This document shows positions 51,641-59,531 of a DNA stretch of 64,000 nucleotides, piece after piece (within the stretch, counting starts at the first letter, position 1; every line of letters starts with the position of its first letter). The notes under the pieces were generated by a model. It was not told the origin of the DNA. It did not search any database and saw only the letters and a program-made list of their open reading frames with translations. The position numbers were made by a program, and so were the translations under genes. Source of the stretch: an uncultured Thermoleophilaceae bacterium (GTDB lineage: Bacteria > Actinomycetota > Thermoleophilia > Solirubrobacterales > Thermoleophilaceae); NCBI GenBank assembly GCA_963844805.1, contig CAWJPU010000013.1:48788-112787 (forward strand). Reading direction: 5' to 3'.

Positions 51641-52325
51641 ATGAGCACCTCGCCCACCGATCCCCACCGGGCCTCGCCCGCCGACCTGCAGGAGCGCATC
51701 GCGGCCGACCGCGCGGGGCGACCCCTACCTCCTCTTCTACGACGGCGAGGGCAGCCAGCACATCTTCTCGCTGGCGGGCGCGCCCGCCGCGGCTGACCAT
51801 CGGCCGCGCGCCCGGGCTGCGAGCTGCCGATCACCTGGGACGAGGGGGTCTCGCGCGCGCACGCCCAGCTCGAGCGCCTGGGGCAGAGCGACTGGGCGGT
51901 GGTGGACGACGGGCTGTCGCGCAACGGCTCGTTCCTCAACGGCGAGCGCCTGCGCCAGCGCCGGCGGCTGGCCGACGGCGACCTGCTGCGCGTGGGCGAC
52001 ACCAACATCGTCTTCCGCGCGCCGGTGGGCGAGGTCGAGCAGACGATCCCCGCCACCCAGGAGAAGGAGGTGGCGCTCTCCCCGGCGCAGCGGCGGGTGC
52101 TGATCGCGCTGTGCCGGCCCTACGCGCGAGGGCGGCGAGTTCGCCACCCCGGCCTCCAACCAGCAGATCGCCGACGAGCTGGTGGTGAGCGTCGAGGCGG
52201 TCAAGACGCACATGCGAGCGCTGTTCGAGCGCTTCGGGGTGGGCGACCTGCCGCGCCAGGCCAAGCGCTCGGAGCTCGTCCGCCGCGCCTTCCAGAACGG
52301 GGCGGTCTCGGTCAAGGACCTCTGA
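51641..52325 (+). pseudogene. FHA-domain / LuxR-type HTH regulator, frame-broken
   Basis: FHA core RLTIGRAPGCELPITWDEGVSRAHAQL...DDGLSRNGSFLNGERL. C-terminal HTH SNQQIADELVVSVEAVKTHMRALFERFGV. At least 3 breaks (near 51722, 51790-51815, 52130). Confidence 0.7.
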
Positions 52326-52395
52326 CCGAGGGGTAGGGCGCGCCCACCCTGAAGGTGGCTGTGCGCGGGGCCTGCTCAGCCCGAGCATCGGTCCC

Positions 52396-53654
52396 ATGAA
52401 CAGAAAGCTCCTCGACATCCCTCATCACCGCTGCGCCGCGCTCGCCATCCCCGGCTCGGCGCTGGCCGCCCCCAAGATCGACGGCGAGTTCCCCGTCAGC
52501 GACCAGCCCCGCGGCATCACCCAGGGCCCCGACGGCAACATCTGGGCCGCGGTCGGCGGCAAGGTCGCCAAGATCACGCCCGCCGGCCGGGTCACCGAGT
52601 TCGACCCCGCGAACATCGGCAGCCCGCAGGGCATCACCACCGGGCCCGACGGCAACCTCTGGGTCACCCAGAGCGACGGCGTGGCGAAGTTCTCGCCCGC
52701 CGACCCCAACTCGGCGACCGGCTTCAGCGTCGCCTGCGATCAGCCAGCCCGCAGACCATCACCACCGGGCCCGACGGCAACCTGTGGACCGCCAGCGGCG
52801 ACAAGGTCGTGAAGATCCCGCCCGCCAACCCCGCCGGCGCAGACGAACAAGGCGATCGCCGGGCCTCGACGCCCGCGGCATCGCCAGCAGCGGCGGCCGG
52901 CTCTGGGTGGTCAACCGCTCGCGGCAAGGCCATCGTGAGCGTCACCACCGACTTCAACACGATCACCCCGCACCCCGTGACCGCCGGGCCGCAGGAGGTC
53001 GCCGGCGGGCCCAACGGCCAGGTCGCCTACAGCGACCCGGGCCAGAACCCGCACGAGGTCGGGCCGGCTGACCCAGGGCGCCGGCGCGCTCAAGAGCCTC
53101 GTCCCGGGGCCTCGACCCCTTCGGGATCACCTACGCCAAGTCCGACGGCGCCTACTGGTGGGCCGAGTTCGCCTCGCAGACGGTCGGGCGCATGACGCCC
53201 GGCGGCCAGGTGACGCCACCCCGGTCGGCAAGTTCAGCGCCGGCTCCGGCCCGCGCCACATCACCACCGGCCCCAACAACACCCTCTGGGTGTCGCTGGA
53301 GCAGGGCAAGAAGATCGGGCGCGTCACCGGCGTGACGCCCCCGCCCAGCCCCCCGGCGGGCAAGCCCGGCGGCGGGACGGCCAGCGCGACACGCTCGCAC
53401 CGGCCGTCACGCGGCTGTCGGCGCGGCGCACCAAGGTCCGCTTCCGCCTGTCGGAGAAGGCCGGCGTGCGGATCACCATCAAGCGGCGCGGGCGCAAGGC
53501 CAAGACCATCAGGCGCCAGGTGCAAGGCCGGGCACGAACGCCATCGCGCTTCCGTCGCCTGGGCCGCGGCCGCTACCGCGTCAGCGTGGTCGCCAAGGAC
53601 GCGGCGGGCAACAAGAGCCGCCCGCGCAGCGTGCGGCTGAAGGTCAGGCGCTGA
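52396..53654 (+). pseudogene. secreted Vgb-like (streptogramin-lyase-type) beta-propeller repeat protein with basic C-terminal domain, heavily frame-broken
   Basis: Repeats GITQGPDGNIWA, GITTGPDGNLWV, TITTGPDGNLWT, HITTGPNNTLWV spread over all three frames. At least 5 breaks. C-terminus in ORF 53466..53654. Confidence 0.6.
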
Positions 53655-54640
53655 GCTGAAGCAGGTCGGCCACTCGCTCCCGGTGCTCGGCGGCGCTGCC
53701 GTAGAGGTGCGCATCTGCCTTCGCCCTCTTGAGGAAGAAGTGCAGATCGTGCTCCCACGTGAAGCCGATGCCGCCGTGCACCTGGAGCGATGAGGCCGTG
53801 ACCTTCCAGCCGGCGTCCGACGCGCAGGACTTGGCCGTCGCGGCAGCCAGCGGGAGCGACTCGGGCTCGTGGTCGGCGGCGTATGCGGCGAACAGCATCG
53901 TGGCCCGCGCGCTCTCGGTCTCCAGCAGCATCTCCGCGCAACGGTGCGCCACCGCCTGGTAGGCGCCGATCGGCCGCCCGAACTGCTCGCGCTCGCGCGC
54001 GTACTCGACCGCCATCTCCATCGCCCGCTGGGCCACACCGGTCAGCTCGGCGGCGAGCAGCACCGAGATGCGATCCAGCGCCGGCCCGCACGTCGCCCTC
54101 GAGCGGGTCGCCGCCGGCGGCCTCCACGCGCGCGTAGTGACGGGTGGAGTCGATCGTGTCCTGGGGCTGGGCGCTCACGCCCTCCAGGACGCTCGCGTCG
54201 TCTCCCTCGACCAGCACCACGAAGCTCGCCTGCGCGGCGTCGGGCACCAGCGGCGCCGCGCCCTCGCTGACGAAGCCGACGGTCCCGGTGGCCTCCCCCG
54301 AGGCGACGCCCGGCAGCCACTTGGCCTGCTGCTCCTCGCTGCCGGCGTAGGCGATCAGCAGCCCGGCGGCGGCGTTGCTGAGGAACGGCGACGGGGCAAG
54401 CGCGTAGCCCAGCTCCTCGCTGAGGATCGCGAGCTCGGTGGTCCCCAGCTCCTGCCCGCCGTGCTCCTCGGACACGAAGATCCCCGGCCAGCCGAGCTCG
54501 GACATCTCGTTCCAGATCCCGTCGTCGTACTCGCCGGCCTCGGCCAGCTCGCGGCGCCGCTCGGCGGTGAAGCGCGCGGCCAGGAACTCGTTGGCGGTGC
54601 GCTTGATCGCCTGCTGGTCGTCGGTGAAGTCGAAGTTCAC
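53644..54640 (-). pseudogene. acyl-CoA dehydrogenase-family protein (partner/beta-type subunit), one frame break
   Basis: GTG 54640 (VNFDFTDDQQAIKRTANEF...) overlaps the upstream stop (GTGA). C-terminal ORF 53644..54063 has HGGIGFTWEHDLHFFLKRAK instead of a YEGT-type catalytic motif. Break near 54070. Confidence 0.8.
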
Positions 54641-55773
54641 CGCAGCCTCGGCAGGCCCAGCACGCGCTCGGCCACGATGTTCTTGAGGATCTCGGTGGTG
54701 CCGCCCTCGATCGAGTTCGCACGGGCGCGCAGGAAGCGGTATGTCCAGTCCTCGTCGACGGCCGGCGCCTCCGCCCCGCGGAGGTCCATCGCCGCCTCGG
54801 TCAGCTCCTGGTTGAGGTCCGACCACTGCCACTTGCCCAGCGAGCCCTCCGGGCCCGGCTGGCCCGTCTTCATGATCCCGGTGAGGGCACGCAGCACGTT
54901 CAGCCGCAGCGACTCCGAGCCGATGTACAGCTGCGCCAAGCGCTGGCGGGCGACGGGGTCGCCGCCGGCGCCGCGCTGGCGCGCGAGGTCGAGCAGCCGC
55001 GTGAAGTCCCGCTTGACCTGGCCCTGCAGGGCGAACGCCAGCCCGCTGCGCTCGTGCATGAGCGTGGTGATGGCCACCCCCCAGCCGTTGCCCACGCCGC
55101 CGATCACGTTCTCGTCGGGGATGCGGGCGCCGTCCATGAACAGCTCGTTGAACTCCGCCTCGCCGGTGATCTGGGTCAGCGGGCTCACCTGCACCTCGTC
55201 CTGCTCCATGTCCATCAGGAAGTAGGTGAGGCCCTGGTGCTTGGGCGCGTCGGGGTCGGTGCGGGCGACGAGCATGCACCACTTCGCGTGGTGGGCCAGC
55301 GTGGTCCAGACCTTCTGGCCGGTCACCCGCCACTCGCCGTTGTCCTTGACCGCCTTCGTCTTCAGGCTCGCCAGGTCGGAGCCGCTGTCGGGCTCGGAGA
55401 AGCCCTGGCACCAGATCTCCTCGCCGGAGAGGATCGGCGCCACGTAGCGCTCCTTCTGGGCGTCGGTGCCGTGGGCGATCACGGTCGGCCCGCCCATCGC
55501 CAGCCCCAGCACGTTCGCGGGGCTCGGCGCGTCGGCGCGCACCATCTCGTCGGAGAAGATCGCCTGCTCCATCAGGCTCGCGCCCCGCCCGCCGTACTCC
55601 TCGGGCCAGGAGACGCCGGCCCAGCCGCCCTCGTTGAGCTTTCGCTGCCACTCGAGCCGGAACTGGAACCCGGCCTCGTCCTCGGCGGGCGGCTGGCCGG
55701 GGTGGTTCGCGCCGAGCCACTCGCGCAGCTCGTCGCGGAAGGCCTGCTCTGAGGGCGAGAGGGTCAGGTCCAC
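54637..55773 (-). CDS. acyl-CoA dehydrogenase
   Basis: Intact 378-aa ORF. FSEPDSGSDLASL and C-terminal SIEGGTTEILKNIVAERVLGLPR with a candidate catalytic Glu. Confidence 0.9.
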   Translation of the reverse strand: MDLTLSPSEQAFRDELREWLGANHPGQPPAEDEAGFQFRLEWQRKLNEGGWAGVSWPEEYGGRGASLMEQAIFSDEMVRADAPSPANVLGLAMGGPTVIAHGTDAQKERYVAPILSGEEIWCQGFSEPDSGSDLASLKTKAVKDNGEWRVTGQKVWTTLAHHAKWCMLVARTDPDAPKHQGLTYFLMDMEQDEVQVSPLTQITGEAEFNELFMDGARIPDENVIGGVGNGWGVAITTLMHERSGLAFALQGQVKRDFTRLLDLARQRGAGGDPVARQRLAQLYIGSESLRLNVLRALTGIMKTGQPGPEGSLGKWQWSDLNQELTEAAMDLRGAEAPAVDEDWTYRFLRARANSIEGGTTEILKNIVAERVLGLPRLR

Positions 55774-55786
55774 CTGGGCGGGCAGG

Positions 55787-56227
55787 TTACCCGGCGCCCT
55801 CCATCACCCGCTTGAGCGTGGCGCACTGCTGTGCGAACTGGCGCTTGAGCATTCGCTGGAGCAGCGGCTGGGCCAGGCGCATCGCGCCAGTGGGCCGGCC
55901 GTGGCCGCGGAAGCGCATCAAGGTGCCGGCGCCGGCCGGCTCGAACCCGATGTCGAGGTCCACGGGCAGGCTGCCCTCGACCACCCTCAGCCCGAACGCG
56001 CGGCCGCGATCGAAGCTCGACACCTCGACCACCGACTCGAGCTCCTTGCCGCCCGGCGCCCGGTGCACCTCGCGCAGGCGCGAGCCCACGCGCATGGGGC
56101 CCTCGTCCTCCCTCACCGCGGCGACCGTGTTGGTCTGCCAGGTGGCGAGCCGGTCGGGGTCGGTGACGTAGTCGAACACCTCCTCCGGGCTGCGCTGGAT
56201 GGCGGTCTCGATCGTGAAGTCGATCAT
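55787..56227 (-). CDS. SRPBCC (START/polyketide-cyclase-like) family protein
   Basis: Intact 146-aa ORF of typical size. N-terminal IDFTIETAIQRSPEEVFDYVTDPDRLATW pattern. Confidence 0.75.
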   Translation of the reverse strand: MIDFTIETAIQRSPEEVFDYVTDPDRLATWQTNTVAAVREDEGPMRVGSRLREVHRAPGGKELESVVEVSSFDRGRAFGLRVVEGSLPVDLDIGFEPAGAGTLMRFRGHGRPTGAMRLAQPLLQRMLKRQFAQQCATLKRVMEGAG

Positions 56228-56266
56228 CGGGGTCTGCTCCGGCGCGCGACAGGGCGCACCCTCTCA

Positions 56267-56296
56267 GAAAAGTCGTCAGCCGCCTGAGCGTTTTTC
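56267..56296 (-). terminator. AT-flanked hairpin, candidate bidirectional terminator after the acyl-CoA dehydrogenase gene
   Basis: AGAAAAGTCGTCAGCCGCCTGAGCGTTTTTCGG: stem CGTCAG/CTGA(G)CG flanked by an A run and a T run. Shares TCGTCAGCCG and TGAGCGTTT with the element at 3861..3890. Confidence 0.45.
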
Positions 56297-56331
56297 GGAG
56301 GCGAGCCCGCGCAACGCGCCCCCGGCCACCC

Positions 56332-57522
56332 CTAGTAGCTCTTCGGCAGCCCCAGGGAGTGCTCCGCCACGTAGTTGAGGATCATCTCGCGCGACACCGG
56401 CGCGGTGCGGGTCAGGCGGGCGCCCCACCACAGGTCGCTCAGGCCGTACTCCAGCGCGAAGCCGTTGCCGCCGTGGGTCTGGATCGCCTGGTCGACGCAC
56501 TTGATCGCCGCCTCGGCCGCCGCGTACTTGGCCATGTTGGCCGACTCCCCCGCCCCCGGCGCGCCGGCGTCGTAGAGCGCTGCGGCCTTTTGGGTCATCA
56601 GCCGCGCCAGCTCCAGCTCGATCTTCGCCTCGGCCAGCGGATGGGACACGCCCTGGTGGGTGCCGATGGGCTTGCCCCACACCGCGCGCTCGTTGGCGTA
56701 GGCGCTGGCCTTGGAGAGCGCGTTGCGGCCGATGCCGCAGGCGATCGTCGCGCCCATGATGCGCTCGGGGTTGAGCCCGTCGAAGACGGGGCCGAGGCCG
56801 CCGTTCTCGCCGCCGATCAGGCGCTCCTCCTCCACCTCGACGCCGTCGAAGTAGAGGGTCCACTGCTGGTCGGGACCCACGTAGGGCATGGGGATCACGT
56901 CGCGTGTGAAACCGGGCGAGTCGACGTCGACGATGGCCAGCGAGGGAAGGCCGAGGTTGCCGTCGGGCAGCCGCGTGCGGGCCACCACCAGCACGGCGTC
57001 GGCGTGCTCCACCCCGGAGATGTAGGTCTTCTGCCCGTTGAGCACGAAGCTGCCGTTTCCGCCGCGCGCCAGCGAGGTGGAGATGTTGTGCGAGTTGGTG
57101 CCGGCGTCGGCCTCGGTGATGGCGAAGGCGACCTTCGTCGTGCCCGCGGCGATCCCGGTCAGCCAGCGCTCCTTCTGCTCATCGGTGCCGTGCCGGGCCA
57201 GGATGCTGCCGACGATCGCCGGCGAGACCACGATCAGCAGCAGCGAGCTACCCGCCGCGGTGATCTCCTCGCCCACCATGGCGAGGCCGGACAGGCCGAG
57301 CCCGCCCCCACCCCACTCCTCGGGCAGGTTGACGCCCAGGTAGCCCTTCCCGGCCAACGCGTCCCACAGCTCGGTGGGCGGCTCGCCCGCCGCGTGCTTG
57401 CGCCGCGAGTACTCGTGCCCGAAGCCGGAGCAGATGCCCGCGACGGCCTCGCGGAGCATGGTCTCCTCGGAGGAAGGGACGAGGGGAAGAACGGCGGCTT
57501 CGCCGTGCAATGCGGTGGCCAT
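56332..57522 (-). CDS. acyl-CoA dehydrogenase
   Basis: Intact 396-aa ORF. ITEADAGTNS, GQKTYISG and C-terminal TAPVSREMILNYVAEHSLGLP. Confidence 0.9.
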   Translation of the reverse strand: MATALHGEAAVLPLVPSSEETMLREAVAGICSGFGHEYSRRKHAAGEPPTELWDALAGKGYLGVNLPEEWGGGGLGLSGLAMVGEEITAAGSSLLLIVVSPAIVGSILARHGTDEQKERWLTGIAAGTTKVAFAITEADAGTNSHNISTSLARGGNGSFVLNGQKTYISGVEHADAVLVVARTRLPDGNLGLPSLAIVDVDSPGFTRDVIPMPYVGPDQQWTLYFDGVEVEEERLIGGENGGLGPVFDGLNPERIMGATIACGIGRNALSKASAYANERAVWGKPIGTHQGVSHPLAEAKIELELARLMTQKAAALYDAGAPGAGESANMAKYAAAEAAIKCVDQAIQTHGGNGFALEYGLSDLWWGARLTRTAPVSREMILNYVAEHSLGLPKSY

Positions 57523-57539
57523 GTGCTCAGTTTGGCGAG

Positions 57540-57562
57540 TTGACCGCGGTATGCGCGGTCAA
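57540..57562. promoter_or_regulatory. palindrome TTGACCGCG-gtatg-CGCGGTCAA upstream of the acyl-CoA dehydrogenase gene
   Basis: 9-bp perfect arms, 18-40 nt upstream of the start at 57522. Could be an operator or a 5' leader hairpin. Confidence 0.35.
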
Positions 57563-57646
57563 GTCGCCGAAGCCCGCGTCGTAGGCGGTGACGGCGATGA
57601 GCCAGATATTGGTTGCGCGTGGGCAAAATGGCTGTAGCTTGATTCG

Positions 57647-59517
57647 GTGCACGCACGGCCGCTTGGGGTGGCAACCGCGGCCGTTTTGGTGGTCCTGGCC
57701 ATCGGCGCTGCCGGATTCGCCGCCTCCCTCTCCCCTTCGCGAGCGATGGCCGAGGGGGCTTCTGCGGCCTCCGCGCGCACCGACGTTTCGGCCGCAGCCA
57801 GGCGCCGGCGCTGCCGGCGCGGGCAGATCGGCGCCGTCGTGCGCGGGCGACGCTTCGCCAGCTCCCGGGCGAGGGTCTACGGTGGCCGGCGCCTCCGACG
57901 CGGCTCGCACCTGCGCTGCACACGCTTTCGCAAGCCCGCTCGCGGAATCGGCGGCACGTATCGGGCCACCGCGCGCCTCCTGCGCAGCCGTCATTTCCAG
58001 CGGCCGCCCATCCGGCGGCTGCTGGGCACGAGGCTCGCGCGCGCGGGGTTACGGCTGAGAGGGCCCGGCGACCGTGCCTTGCTGCGCACCGTGGGTGGTG
58101 CGGGCATCGCTCGCTCCCGGCCACGCGCACAGGCCGCCTTCGGTCCGCTGCGCGCCGAGCCGCTCGAGAGTCGGGAGCTGAACGCCAGCACCACACTGGA
58201 GAAGCAGACCCGGGTGGCCGAGGAGAGTCCGGGAGAAATCGGCTCCTACTCCGAGACCGAGATCAAGACCACCACCGACGGGCGCAAGACGCCTTCCAAG
58301 GTCGCGGGGACGATCAAGCGAGGAGCCGTCCTGGGGGAGGGCACCAGCTTCGGGCGCTGCCCCGACAGCAGCGGGGTGGTGCGCGGTGAATACAAGTCGA
58401 GACAGGCGGAGTCGATAGCCGTGGACTTCCCGGGACCGGACAAGGGCTCCTACACGATGGAGACCACAGTCGAGCCCACGCCTGAAGGCGCATGTGGGCG
58501 ACGACGCCATCGCCAAGGACTACGAGTACCGCGGGACGGTCGCCATGGAGGTCCGCGGCCGTGACGCACACGGCAAACATGTGCCGAGCCGGGTTTACAG
58601 AATCAGCTTCTCCCAATCGGGTCTGGACCCCCGGAAGGGCTCGCAGGTTCCTTTCGGACCCGGGAGGGACGGGCGCGCCGAGGGCTGGGGACCGAAGGGG
58701 CGCGTGACCGGGAAGGAAGTGGATCTCGCGGTCTCACTGTGGGGGACTCAGCGACGTCGTCCTCCAAGACCGTGCCCGAGCTCAGGTGCTCTTGGCCGAG
58801 AAGGGTTGGCGCGGTGGAGGCTGCGTGGCCGTCGACGCGGGACCGGACGGAAGGGCGGTTGGTACCGGTGGCAGCATCCGGGTCGACGCGGTGGCGCGCT
58901 CCAAGCAGGATGGCGGGGTCGTCGAGCCCACCAAGCTCGTGGCCGCGACCTGCTCGAGCCTGGGCGAGACGGTGTGCCCGGCCCAGGCGCCCAACCCCGG
59001 CTCGATCACCTTCAGCGACCCCGGCCGGCGCTGGAAGCCCACCGGGCCCGCCCCCTGCCTGGTGGTGACGAGCGTCTCGCGCCGCGGGATCGGCAGTACA
59101 GGCGTGACCTTCAAGGTGCGGGGACAGCCCATCCCTCTGTTCACGGTCAAGGTGGACTACACGGTCGTGAACGACTGCGGGCCCAGCCCCTCGGTCACGC
59201 TGGACGACGCGACCTTCACGGGGGCGCTGAGCAAGCGAGACCCGGACAGCGAGCGGCTATCCGTGGGCACGGGCCTGGCGAACGGCACGTCAGACCAACT
59301 CGGACTGCACGAGCGGCACGACGTCCACGCACACCAACCGGCCGATGGAGTTCTTTGCGCAGTACACGACGGACGGCTCGGGGAACATCGCGGTGAACTA
59401 CCTCACACCGAGCGTGTTGCGCTGGTCGAATCTCGCGCTGATCGTGCCCGGCCGGAACGGGGTCTACACCCTCAGGAACACGCGCCCGAGAGGGTGGTGG
59501 CCATGCGCGCAGCATGA
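57647..59517 (+). pseudogene. hypothetical secreted/anchored protein with an Arg-rich segment, no recognisable family, frame-broken
   Basis: GTG start. Hydrophobic N-terminus VATAAVLVVLAIGAAGFAASLSPSRAMA, then about 130 very basic residues in a frame with high third-position GC, then Lys/Glu/Thr-rich and Cys-containing parts in ORFs 58494.., 58786.., 59345... Breaks near 58490, 58740, 58790, 59290. End uncertain. Confidence 0.4.
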
Positions 59518-59531
59518 CGCACCGGCCAGGG

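Noticed and set aside
57527-57994. Minus-strand ORFs (57527..57994, 57234..58196) overlapping the Arg-rich plus-strand gene.
   Set aside because: Their third-position GC is lower than that of the plus frame starting at 57647. Their composition is low-complexity Ala/Pro/Gly/Arg, with no start-site context.
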